Source: Thermoanaerobaculia bacterium (GTDB lineage Bacteria; Acidobacteriota; Thermoanaerobaculia; Multivoradales; UBA5704). Taken from it: a stretch of 60,622 bases of DNA. Shown here piece by piece: positions 7,614 to 16,649 of this stretch. The stretch is taken from contig DATGHG010000186.1 in assembly GCA_035308185.1 (NCBI GenBank), positions 1 to 60,622 on the forward strand, written 5' to 3'. Each line of letters begins with the position of its first letter. Within the stretch, counting starts at the first letter, position 1. A program made the translations under genes and the position numbers. The notes below the pieces were generated by a model that saw only the letters and a list, made by a program, of their open reading frames with translations, ran no database searches and was not told the DNA's origin.

Positions 7614-10600
7614 ATGGATGCGTTCCTGAATGAGATCAAGCAACCCGCGACCTGCGGCGCCCGCCGCCGGCATGGTGCCCGCAGGGGCGGCGCTGTCCGC
7701 GGCGGCCGCGGCGCGCGCGGCCTGCTCGGAGCCGTTGCCGTCCTCGCCGTCCTTGCCGTTCTCGCCGGCACGGCGGCCGCCGTGCCGGCGCATGCGGCGC
7801 CGCCCACCGGCGCCGCTGCCGCGCCGGCCGCGAAACCGGCAACGGCCGCCGGTCCCACCACGCCCGCTACCGGTGTCGGCGCGGTGGGCGCGGTGGGCGC
7901 GGTGGAGATCGACTCCTACTCGTTCGGCGGCCTCGCGGCGCGAGCCATCGGCCCGGCGGCGACCGGCGGCCGCATCGCGGCGATCGAGGCCGTGGCGGAC
8001 GAGCCGCTGACCGTCTACGTCGGCGCCGCCGGCGGCGGCGTCTGGCGGTCGCGGGACGGCGGCACCACCTTCCATCCCGTCTTCGACGATCACGTCCAGT
8101 CGATCGGCGCCATCACCGTCGATCCCGGCAACGCCAAGACCGTCTGGGTGGGCACCGGCGAATCCTGGACCCGCAACAGCGTCGGGGTGGGCGACGGCAT
8201 CTACCGCTCGACCGACGACGGCGACCACTGGGAGCACATGGGCCTCGAAAACTCGGAGCGGATCGCCCGCATCCGGGTCGATCCCCATGACGGCAACGTC
8301 GTCTATGCCTGCGTCACCGGTCACCTGTGGGACGACAGCGAGGAGCGCGGCGTCTACAAGACCACCGACGGCGGCAAGACCTGGAAACGGAAGCTTTACG
8401 TCAACCCTGGCACCGGCTGCTCGGACCTGGCGATGGATCCTCAGGAGCCGCGCATCCTCTACGCCGGCATGTGGCAGTTCCGCCGCTATCCCTGGGCCTT
8501 TCGCTCCGGCGGCCCGGGCAGCGACCTGTACAAGAGCACCGACGGCGGCGAGACCTGGCGGCCGCTGACCCGCGGCCTGCCGGCCGGGCAGAAGGGACGC
8601 ATCGCGGTGGCGATCGCGCCGTCGCGCTCGGCGGTGGTCTACGCCCTGGTCGAGAGCCGCAACACCGCGCTCTACCGCTCCGACGACACCGGCGAGACCT
8701 GGACCGAGGTCAACTCCTCGTTCAACGTCCAGGTGCGGCCGTTCTACTTCGCGCGGATCGTCGTCGATCCGGCCGATTTCAACACCGTCTACAAGCCCGG
8801 GCTGTTCCTGACCGTGAGCACCGACGGCGGCAAGTCGTTCAACTCGCCGTTCGCCGGCGGCGGCCCGGGCGGCCCGCACAGCGATCACCACGCCCTGTGG
8901 ATCAACCCCAAGAACCCGCACCAGATGCTGCTGGGCACCGACGGCGGCGTCTACCTGTCGTTGGATCAGGCGCATACCTGGCGCTACCTCAAGGCCCTGC
9001 CGGTGTCGCAGTTCTACGAGGTGAGCTTCGACATGGCGCAGCCCTACGACGTCTATGGCGGGCTGCAGGACAACGGCTCGTGGACGGGGCCCTCGCGTGG
9101 GGCCGGCGGCGGCATCACCAACGACGAGTGGCACAACATCGGCGGCGGCGACGGCTTCTACGCGGTGAGCGACCCCGCCGATCCCGACGTCGTCTACGTC
9201 GAGTTCCAGGGCGGACACGCGTCCCGCATGTCGCTGGCGACGCGGACCAGCAAGGACATCCAGCCGCTGCCCGGCACCGGCGATCCCGAGCTGCGCTACA
9301 ACTGGGACACCCCGATCGTGGTCAGCCCGACGCGGCCGGGCACGGTGTACATCGGCAGCCAGTTCCTGTTCCGCTCGCGCGACCGCGGCGACTCGTGGGA
9401 GCGCATCTCGCCCGATCTGACCACCAACGACCCGCACAAGCAGCAGCAGGGCACCTCGGGAGGCCTGAGCATCGACAACTCGAGCGCCGAGACCTACACC
9501 ACGATCTTCGCCATCGCCGAGTCGCCCAAAGACGCCAACGTGATCTGGGTCGGGACCGACGACGGCAACCTGCAGCTGACCCGCGACGGCGGCGGTTCCT
9601 GGGCCAACGTCGGGCGTGCCATCCCGGGCCTGCCGCCGGGCACCTGGGTGTCGAAGATCGAGGCCAGCCGCCGCGACGCCGCGACCGCCTTCGCGACTTT
9701 CGACAACCATGCCAACGGCGACATGAAGACCTACGTCTACAAGACGGTGGACTTCGGTAAGACCTGGCAATCGCTGGCCGGGCCCGGCGTCGCCGGCTTC
9801 GCGCACGTGGTGCGCCAGGACCTCGACAACCCCGACCTGCTGTTCCTGGGGACCGAGGCCGGCCTGTTCATCTCGATCGACGGCGGCGGGCACTGGGCGC
9901 GTTTCACCGGCAACCTGCCGCCGGTTGCGGTGTGGGACGTGCAGATCCATCCCCGCGAATCGGACCTGATCATCGCCACCCACGGGCGGGGCATCTACAT
10001 CCTCGACGACATCACGCCGCTGCGCAAGCTGACCCCGGAGGTCCTCGCCGCCGACCTGGCGTTGCTGCCCTCGAAGCCGGCATCGATGGTGTTGCCGGTC
10101 TTCCTGCAAGCGTTCCCCGGGGACGAAGAGTTCGTCGGCACCAACCCCGAGGAGGCGGCCTCGATCTGCTACTACCTCAAGAAGCGGCACATCCTGGGCG
10201 AGCTCAGGGTCGAGGTCTACGATGCCGACGGCAAGCTGCTATCGACCCTGCCGGGCGGCAAGCGTCGCGGCATCAACCGCGTCGCCTGGCCGATGCGGCT
10301 GAGCGGTCCCAACTTGCCGCCGGCGAATTCGCTGATCATCGATCAGCCGGCCCTGTTCATCGGACCGCGGGTGCTGCCGGGCACCTACTCGGTGAAGCTG
10401 ATCGACGGCGACCGGACCTTCACCACCCAGGTCAGCCTCACGCCGGACCCGCGCTCGAAGGACACCGACGAGGATCGGGCGCTGCAGCACCGGACCGTGA
10501 TGACCCTGTACGCCATGCTGGGGGACCTCACCTACACCGCCGACGCCCTGGTGGACGTGCGTGATCAGGCGCGGCAACGCGCCGCTGGCCTGGCGGCCGG

Positions 10601-10994
10601 CGCGCCGCTGCGTCGCGAGCTCACGCGCCTGGCGGATCAGCTCGACGCCCTGCACCAGCAGCTGGTGGCGACCCACGAGGGCGGCTGGCTCTCCGGCGAG
10701 GAGGAGCTGCGCGAGAAGATGGGCAGCCTCTACGGGTCGGTCAACGGTTTCGAGGGCCGGCCGACCCGCTCGCAGCTCGACCAGGTGAAGGTGGTCAAGG
10801 CGCGGCTCGACGACATCGCCGCCCGCGTCGACGCCGTCGAGAAGGGTCCGCTGGCCCAGGTCAACCGCGGTCTGGCGGCGGCGAAGCAGCCGCCGATCGT
10901 GGTGCTGGACCGCAAGGCATGGGACAAGAAGCAGGAAGCGGGCGGCGGCGCGGGCGGCAAGCTCGACCCGCGCGCGCTGGCAGCGATGCCGTGA
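7614..10994 (+). CDS. BNR/Asp-box (sortilin/VPS10-type) repeat protein, secreted, 1126 aa
   Basis: AAGGAGGG lies upstream of ATG 7614. It carries repeated Asp-box motifs: WRSRDGGTTF, YRSTDDGDHW, YKTTDGGKTW, YKSTDGGETW, YRSDDTGETW, SIDGGGHW. Confidence 0.85.
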   Translation: MDAFLNEIKQPATCGARRRHGARRGGAVRGGRGARGLLGAVAVLAVLAVLAGTAAAVPAHAAPPTGAAAAPAAKPATAAGPTTPATGVGAVGAVGAVEIDSYSFGGLAARAIGPAATGGRIAAIEAVADEPLTVYVGAAGGGVWRSRDGGTTFHPVFDDHVQSIGAITVDPGNAKTVWVGTGESWTRNSVGVGDGIYRSTDDGDHWEHMGLENSERIARIRVDPHDGNVVYACVTGHLWDDSEERGVYKTTDGGKTWKRKLYVNPGTGCSDLAMDPQEPRILYAGMWQFRRYPWAFRSGGPGSDLYKSTDGGETWRPLTRGLPAGQKGRIAVAIAPSRSAVVYALVESRNTALYRSDDTGETWTEVNSSFNVQVRPFYFARIVVDPADFNTVYKPGLFLTVSTDGGKSFNSPFAGGGPGGPHSDHHALWINPKNPHQMLLGTDGGVYLSLDQAHTWRYLKALPVSQFYEVSFDMAQPYDVYGGLQDNGSWTGPSRGAGGGITNDEWHNIGGGDGFYAVSDPADPDVVYVEFQGGHASRMSLATRTSKDIQPLPGTGDPELRYNWDTPIVVSPTRPGTVYIGSQFLFRSRDRGDSWERISPDLTTNDPHKQQQGTSGGLSIDNSSAETYTTIFAIAESPKDANVIWVGTDDGNLQLTRDGGGSWANVGRAIPGLPPGTWVSKIEASRRDAATAFATFDNHANGDMKTYVYKTVDFGKTWQSLAGPGVAGFAHVVRQDLDNPDLLFLGTEAGLFISIDGGGHWARFTGNLPPVAVWDVQIHPRESDLIIATHGRGIYILDDITPLRKLTPEVLAADLALLPSKPASMVLPVFLQAFPGDEEFVGTNPEEAASICYYLKKRHILGELRVEVYDADGKLLSTLPGGKRRGINRVAWPMRLSGPNLPPANSLIIDQPALFIGPRVLPGTYSVKLIDGDRTFTTQVSLTPDPRSKDTDEDRALQHRTVMTLYAMLGDLTYTADALVDVRDQARQRAAGLAAGAPLRRELTRLADQLDALHQQLVATHEGGWLSGEEELREKMGSLYGSVNGFEGRPTRSQLDQVKVVKARLDDIAARVDAVEKGPLAQVNRGLAAAKQPPIVVLDRKAWDKKQEAGGGAGGKLDPRALAAMP

Positions 10995-11153
10995 GGCCTC
11001 GGACGGTTGTGGCAGGCGCTGGACGAGGCAGGCATGCCTCGGGTCCAGGAGGGTGCGGCAGGCGACTGAGACGAGTCTCCAACCAGAGGGGCCTGGGCGC
11101 CCCCTTCCCCCGGAGTGCCGCAGGGGGATGCGGGGGGCGATCCGATAGATACG

Positions 11154-11184
11154 AAAAGGGGGACCGACCGGTCCCCCTTTTTTT
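11154..11184. terminator. Bidirectional rho-independent terminator between the BNR gene and rpsU
   Basis: AAAA-GGGGGACC-gacc-GGTCCCCC-TTTTTTT. This is a perfect 8-bp GC stem flanked by an A-run and a T-run. Confidence 0.75.
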
Positions 11185-11186
11185 GG

Positions 11187-11396
11187 CTACGCCAGACCCT
11201 GACGGCGCTCTTCGGCCAGCTTGCGCAGGATCTTCTTGCGCGCCTGGACTGCCTTGCGCTTGCGCTTGACCGAGGGCTTCTCGAAGTGCTGCCGCTTCCT
11301 GAGCTCGGTCAATATCCCCGACTTCTCGACCTTGCGCTTGAACCGGCGGAGGGCGTTCTCGAAGCTCTCCTCCTCGCGCACGTGAACCACAGGCAT
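11187..11396 (-). CDS. rpsU: 30S ribosomal protein S21
   Basis: [48 protein letters not shown], 69 aa. The RBS is GAGAGGTGAG. Confidence 0.95.
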   Translation of the reverse strand: MPVVHVREEESFENALRRFKRKVEKSGILTELRKRQHFEKPSVKRKRKAVQARKKILRKLAEERRQGLA

Positions 11397-11487
11397 TTCG
11401 CACTCACCTCTCTTCTGTGCCAGATTTGCTGCCGGCGGCCCAAACAGGGACACCGGGCCGCAATCATCGCTCAAGCGCTGAGTCGAG

Positions 11488-13266
11488 TCAAGCGGGAAGC
11501 GGCTTCTTGGCCAGCGTTTCGACGCGGCGGGCGAGGGCTTCGAGGCGGCCCGAAAGGCGGCCGAGGCCCTCGCCCGCGGCCTCGAGCCTCCCGCGCTCGG
11601 CGCGGATGAACCGCGTGTAGGGAGCGATCGCCTCGTCGATGCGGCGCAGGCTGCGCTCGAGCTCGCGGTCGAACTGGCCGGTGAGCGCCGCGATCAGTTG
11701 CTCGCGGAGGGCAGCGATCTGCGCGCGCAGGTCGCGCTTGGCGGCCTGCCGCCGACTGGGGATGATGAACAGGCCGAGCACCGCCACGGTGCCTGCCGCC
11801 AGCACGCCGGTGGCGTCGGCGGCGGCGCCGGCCAGGACATGAGCGAGGAGCGCGCCGAGGCCGATCGCTCCCACCTCCACCAGGGCGGTCGAGGCGACCG
11901 CTACCTGCACCGCCTCGGCCAGCCGGGTGGACTCGCCCTCCTGGTCGTAGCGCTCGACCGCGTCCTGCGCCGCCCGGCCGACGCTGTCGAGCAGCCGCGA
12001 GCGATCGAGCTCGAAGGCGCCGCCGACCTGGCCGACGATGCGCCCGGGGTGCAGCTGGCGCCGCTGGCCCACGTGCTCCATCACCGCCTGCCACTGGCGC
12101 AGGTCGGCGCTCACCATCCAATCGATCACCTCCTGGACGCGGCGGGCGATCACCTGGGGCGCGTCGGCGACCACCTGCGCGACGAACGCCGCCTTGACGC
12201 GCGGCTTGTTGAGCAGGTCGAAGACCCGCCCCAAGCGCAGGGTGTCGTCGAAGAACCGCATGCCGCGGGCTTCGAACTCCTGCAGCACGCCGGCGACGTC
12301 GGCCAGGCGGAACCGGAACTCGCGCGCCATGTCCTCGCGATACAGCGCCAGCTGGCGCTCGACGTCGTCGATGGCGGCGACGTCGCCGGCGAGCAGGGTC
12401 AGGCCGGTCGCCGCCGCTTCGCGATAGCGCGCCACCAGGCGGCCGGCGATGCCCAGCGGGTTGAGCAGCTTGAGGCGCAGGCGCTCGGTCTCGTCGAGGG
12501 TGTCGGCGACGTAGCGCTCGAGGTCGGCGAAGCGGCTGGCGGTGGCGAGCGCGGCGTCGCCCCCGGCCTTGGCGCGCAGCGCCTGGCGCGCCGAGATCGG
12601 GAAGACCTCGGGCGCGGCGCCGAGCAGCGCGGCGGCGTGCTCGGCGACGAAGGCGCGGACCTCGTCCACCGCCGCGGCGCCTTCCAGGATGTCGATCTTG
12701 TTGATCACCACCACGATCTTCTTGCCCCACTCGCGGATGGCCTGCAGGAAGGCGCGCTCGCTCTCGGTGAACGGGCGGTCGGCGGAGGTCACGAACAGCA
12801 CCAGGTCCGAGCGCGGCACGAACTCGCGGCTGATCGCCTCGTGCTGACGGTGGATGGCGTTGGTGCCGGGGGTGTCGACGATGTGGATCTCCCGCAGCAG
12901 GTCGAGCGGCGCGGTCACGACGTCGATGGCCGCGTCGCCTTGCAGGCCGCCGGCGGCAGCCGGCGAGGCGGGGCCGTAACGCAGCAGCTGGATGCGGGTG
13001 GTGGTAGGGGTGACCCCTTCGGCGAGGAGCGTGCTGCCCACCAGGGCGTTGATGAAGGCGCTCTTGCCGGCGTTGAACTCGCCTGCCACCACCAGCAGGA
13101 AGAGCTCGTCGAGCTGCAGCGCCGAGTGCCGCAACGTTTGCAGGTCCTCGGCCGTGGCATCGCAGGTCGCCAGCAGCTCGCTCAGCTCGGCCAGCAGCCG
13201 CCGCTCCTCGGCCAGCAACTCGTCCTGTGCGACGTCGAGGATACGCCTCAGCATGGCTGCTCGCAC
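11488..13266 (-). CDS. Bacterial dynamin-like GTPase
   Basis: G1 is [15 protein letters not shown]3 is DTPGTNAI and G4 is VINKID, followed by a long helical stalk region. The start may be at MLRRIL a few codons downstream. Confidence 0.9.
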   Translation of the reverse strand: MRAAMLRRILDVAQDELLAEERRLLAELSELLATCDATAEDLQTLRHSALQLDELFLLVVAGEFNAGKSAFINALVGSTLLAEGVTPTTTRIQLLRYGPASPAAAGGLQGDAAIDVVTAPLDLLREIHIVDTPGTNAIHRQHEAISREFVPRSDLVLFVTSADRPFTESERAFLQAIREWGKKIVVVINKIDILEGAAAVDEVRAFVAEHAAALLGAAPEVFPISARQALRAKAGGDAALATASRFADLERYVADTLDETERLRLKLLNPLGIAGRLVARYREAAATGLTLLAGDVAAIDDVERQLALYREDMAREFRFRLADVAGVLQEFEARGMRFFDDTLRLGRVFDLLNKPRVKAAFVAQVVADAPQVIARRVQEVIDWMVSADLRQWQAVMEHVGQRRQLHPGRIVGQVGGAFELDRSRLLDSVGRAAQDAVERYDQEGESTRLAEAVQVAVASTALVEVGAIGLGALLAHVLAGAAADATGVLAAGTVAVLGLFIIPSRRQAAKRDLRAQIAALREQLIAALTGQFDRELERSLRRIDEAIAPYTRFIRAERGRLEAAGEGLGRLSGRLEALARRVETLAKKPLPA

Positions 13267-13336
13267 CCTCCCGCAAGCACGTTAGCACAGCCGGTCCGCG
13301 GTGCCCGGACGCCGCGGCGGCCGGATCGGCGGCGCG

Positions 13337-14269
13337 CTACTCGCCCGTCTCGTCGCTGTCCGCGACGGGTTTTTCCGGCTGCCGCGCCGGCGGTGTTGGC
13401 GATGTTGGCGATGCGGGCGGTGTCGGCGATATTGGCCGCTCTTGCCGGGTTGGCGGGGCGGGGGGCGCGGCCGTGGTGGCCGCGGCGGCGGCGGCGCCGC
13501 CGCCGACGGCGTTCCAATCGCAGTAGTAGACGAGCAGCTGACCCTGGCGTTTCTCGAACCAGACCGCCGCCGCGGCGCCGCTCGCATCCTTGGGATAGAA
13601 CCAGCCGAGCACGCCCTTGTCGGGGTAGCCCCGGATGTCGTTGGCGTTCGGCGGCCCGAGGGCGGCCCGGACCTGGTCGCCGGTCATGCCGGGCGACGCG
13701 AGAGCGAAGCGCTCGGCGGTGACATAACGCGCCGCCCGGGCGCGGGCCAGCTCCTCGCGCAAGCGGGGGTTCTGAGGATCCGCGGCCAGCGCCGCCTCGT
13801 AGATCTCGCAGGCGCGCCGGTAATCGCCGGAGCGGGCGACGAACTGGTGCGCGACCACGATCTCCTCGTCGCTCTCCATCCGGATGGCGGCGAGCTGCCG
13901 CGCCGAGAGGGCCGCACCTTCGACCGGCGGGTCGGCGTTGATGTAGGCGACCAGGCGGCGCCCGAGCTGCAGCGCCCCGGCGTCGACCTCGCGGCTGAGC
14001 TGCTCACGGGGCGAGAGTGCGCCTTGGGCGCCGGCTGCCGCGGGCGCCGGCGCAGGCCCGCCGAGAGCGTCGAGCCGGCTGCGCTCGGCGTCGAGCTGGC
14101 GCTTGGCCGCTTGCAGCCAGGTCCATTCCGCCTCGTTGCCGAGCCGCGCTCCCCGCCCGGGCTCGGCCGCGCCGCGGCAGCCGGCGGCCGCCAGCGCGGC
14201 GGCGAGGAGAGCGGCGAGGACGGCGGCACGCAGCGCCGCGCCCCCGGCCCGCAGCGCCGGCCACGCCAT
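13337..14269 (-). CDS. Lipoprotein with a BamE/SmpA-like segment and a Pro/Thr-rich tail
   Basis: The lipobox is LAAAGC after MAWPALRAGG... The segment GMTGDQVRAALGPPN...GWFYP is BamE-like. The C-terminal SPTPPASPTSPTPPA is encoded by short tandem DNA repeats. The rest of track ORF 13337..16231 is shadow sequence. Confidence 0.7.
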   Translation of the reverse strand: MAWPALRAGGAALRAAVLAALLAAALAAAGCRGAAEPGRGARLGNEAEWTWLQAAKRQLDAERSRLDALGGPAPAPAAAGAQGALSPREQLSREVDAGALQLGRRLVAYINADPPVEGAALSARQLAAIRMESDEEIVVAHQFVARSGDYRRACEIYEAALAADPQNPRLREELARARAARYVTAERFALASPGMTGDQVRAALGPPNANDIRGYPDKGVLGWFYPKDASGAAAAVWFEKRQGQLLVYYCDWNAVGGGAAAAAATTAAPPAPPTRQERPISPTPPASPTSPTPPARQPEKPVADSDETGE

Positions 14270-14499
14270 GGCGGCGCGCCGCCGCCGAGCGTCGAGGTGG
14301 TGACGAAGGATCCGGTCCTGCCGGCGGAGGGGGTGAGCGCTGCGTGGCCACATACTGCTGCGGCTGGCCAAGGTAGCACAGCGCCGGAGGCCCCGCCAGG
14401 GCTTCTGCCTTTCGCCGGCCGCTCCCCGGGCATCTCGGGGCCGGACCGTGGCGCGGGGTCTAAGCCTTGATCTGACAGGGCTTTTGCGCCTTCGGCGCC

Positions 14500-14528
14500 T
14501 TGACACGGCGGAACTGCTACCGAATAAT
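14500..14528 (+). promoter_or_regulatory. Sigma70-like promoter for the gene starting at 14620
   Basis: TTGACA-N17-AATAAT lies about 90 nt upstream of the start codon. Confidence 0.45.
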
Positions 14529-14619
14529 GAAGTTCCTTTAGAACGCGGCAAGGACGGCAGCTGACGACGAGACCTCTGCGGACCCTGAAGGCCCTGCGTG
14601 CAGCGGCGGAGAACCGAGG

Positions 14620-16641
14620 ATGTCCTTTGTAGAAAAGGTCGAGCAATTGAACCGGGAGTTCGGCGCCACGTTCGACCGCGCCGTTTCGTCCCTTCGCCAT
14701 GAGCTGCAGGATCGCCTGCGCGAGAGCCACCAGGAGCTGGATCGGAGGATCGACGCCTTCTCGCCGCCGCTACCGGTGCTGGCGCACGAGGACCTGGCGC
14801 CGGCTGCCGAGCAGGTCCGCGGCGAGGCGCGCGCCGGCGCCTTCGACGAGCTGCGGCAGGCCTTCGTGGCGCTCGATCGTGCGCGCAGCCAGTCGGCGGT
14901 GCTGGCGGCGTTGCTCGCCGGCGCCGGACGCTTTGCCGCCCGGGCCGCCATCCTGTTGTGGCGCGATGGCGAGCTGCGGGGTTGGGGCGGCCAGGGATTT
15001 GCCGACTCCGACCAAGCCTTGCACGACCTGGCGCTGGTGCCGCCTGCCGGCAGCCCGTGGAGCCGGTTCGGCGGCCATGGCGCAAGCGTCGCGACCGGCG
15101 CGGCCGAGGCGACCCCGGCGGACGCCGCGGCCCAGCTTTCGGCGGCGGACTGCGCGGTGCTCTGCGGCCGGATCGAGAGCCCGGTGCCGGCGCAGGGCTT
15201 CCTGGTCCCGCTGGTGCTGCGCGATCGGACCGTCGCCCTGCTCTATGCCGACCAGCCGGTGTCGGCGCAGCCGGCGCCGCCGGGTCAGGAGTCGGCCGGT
15301 GTCTTGCCAGCCTTGCAGAGCCTGGTCTACGTCGCGGCGCTGGCGATCGAGTCGCTGCCGTTCCGGCAGCGCGACGCCACCTCGACTCTGTCAACCCTCG
15401 GAGAACCGGGGACGGCAGGCCCGCAGCTGGCTCCGCCCCCGACGTCGGATGCGAGCGGCGAAGTCCAGCCTGCTCAGGCCGCGTCCCAACCATCCCAGCC
15501 GGCGGCGGCCCAGCCATCCCAGCCGGCGGCTCAGCCGGCTCAGCCGGCGGCGGCTCAGCCGCCCCGGGACACCGCGGGCGAGAGCCGGCCAGCGGCTGCC
15601 GCCGGCGAGGCCGCCGAGCCTCGGCAGCGCCTGGACGATACCGTCGAGACTCAGCGACCGCGGCTGGCCCCCCCGCCGCCGGCGGCCCCGACCGAGGCGC
15701 CCCCTCCGGCTGGTCCCGTCCCGCCCCTGGCCGTGACCCCGGCCGCGCTCTATGACTCGCCCTCGGTGCCGCTGGCGCAGGAGACGGCGGAGCTGCCGGC
15801 GCCGCGGCCGCTGCGGCCGGCGCGGGCCACGGTCGAGACCTCCGCGGTCTCCCACGGTGCCTCTCCCTACCTCGAAGAGCCCGCCACCAATGGCGGTGAC
15901 CCCGCCGCCGCGGCCGGCGCTGCCACCGCCGACATGCCGCCGCCGCCTGCCGCTCCCTTCGCTGCCCCAACTCCGGCCGCTGCCGCCGAGCTCGGCGCGG
16001 TCGCCGCGGTCGCTGCCGCTGCCGGCACCGGCGCCGACGCGCCCGCCGGGGGTGCGACCGACAACGAGACCGTGCTCTTGCCGCAAACGGTGCGGCGCGA
16101 TGCCGAAGCCTCGCCCGGCCCCGTGATGGGAACCCTGCGCGCCGTGCCGCCCATGGCGCCGGCCGCGGCGCCCCCGCCGACGCCCCTGAGCACCGCCAGC
16201 CTGGGCGCTCAGCCGGTGGCCGTCCCGCCACCCATTCCCTTCTCTCCCGCGGCTCCGGGGGCCGGCGCCTTCGAGCCGCTGCGCACCGGGCCGATCGGCT
16301 CCGGCACGCCGGAAGTGCGCCCGCCCACCGGCGTGCAGGGACCGGGTTGGGCGTTTGCCACCACCCGGTTGCAGCCGCCGTCGAGCGACGAAGCGTTGCA
16401 CGAGGAGGCGCGGCGCCTGGCCCGCCTCCTGGTCAGCGAGATCAAGCTCTACAACGAAGAGCAGGTCGAGGCAGGGCGCCGCAATCGCGACATCTACGAG
16501 CGCCTGCGCGAGGACATCGATCGCTCGCGCCAGATGTACGAGGAACGGGTCGAGCCCCGCATCGTGAAATCGACCGACTACTTCTACCAGGAGCTGGTCC
16601 GGATTCTGGCGGCGGGAGATTCGAAAGCGTTGGGAATCTGA
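14620..16641 (+). CDS. GAF-like domain protein with a long Pro/Ala-rich linker and a conserved C-terminal helical module
   Basis: The N-terminal part ...ILLWRDGELRGWGGQGF...LVPLVLRDRTVALLYAD is GAF-like. The middle ~330 aa are low complexity. The C-terminal part is HEEARRLARLLVSEIKLYNEEQVEAGRRNRDIYERLREDIDRSRQMYEERV. Confidence 0.7.
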   Translation: MSFVEKVEQLNREFGATFDRAVSSLRHELQDRLRESHQELDRRIDAFSPPLPVLAHEDLAPAAEQVRGEARAGAFDELRQAFVALDRARSQSAVLAALLAGAGRFAARAAILLWRDGELRGWGGQGFADSDQALHDLALVPPAGSPWSRFGGHGASVATGAAEATPADAAAQLSAADCAVLCGRIESPVPAQGFLVPLVLRDRTVALLYADQPVSAQPAPPGQESAGVLPALQSLVYVAALAIESLPFRQRDATSTLSTLGEPGTAGPQLAPPPTSDASGEVQPAQAASQPSQPAAAQPSQPAAQPAQPAAAQPPRDTAGESRPAAAAGEAAEPRQRLDDTVETQRPRLAPPPPAAPTEAPPPAGPVPPLAVTPAALYDSPSVPLAQETAELPAPRPLRPARATVETSAVSHGASPYLEEPATNGGDPAAAAGAATADMPPPPAAPFAAPTPAAAAELGAVAAVAAAAGTGADAPAGGATDNETVLLPQTVRRDAEASPGPVMGTLRAVPPMAPAAAPPPTPLSTASLGAQPVAVPPPIPFSPAAPGAGAFEPLRTGPIGSGTPEVRPPTGVQGPGWAFATTRLQPPSSDEALHEEARRLARLLVSEIKLYNEEQVEAGRRNRDIYERLREDIDRSRQMYEERVEPRIVKSTDYFYQELVRILAAGDSKALGI

Positions 16642-16649
16642 GCCGAACC

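Noticed and set aside
7302-10190. 962-aa ORF antisense to the BNR/sortilin-repeat gene
   Set aside because: It has the extreme Arg/Gly/Ala/Pro/Val composition with no motifs that is typical of shadow frames in DNA of about 70% G+C. The opposite strand encodes a protein with clear Asp-box repeats.
14270-16231. N-terminal ~650 aa of track ORF 13337..16231 (minus strand)
   Set aside because: It is Arg/Pro-rich shadow sequence overlapping the plus-strand GAF-like gene. Only the last 310 codons (from MAWPAL, with a lipobox) look real.
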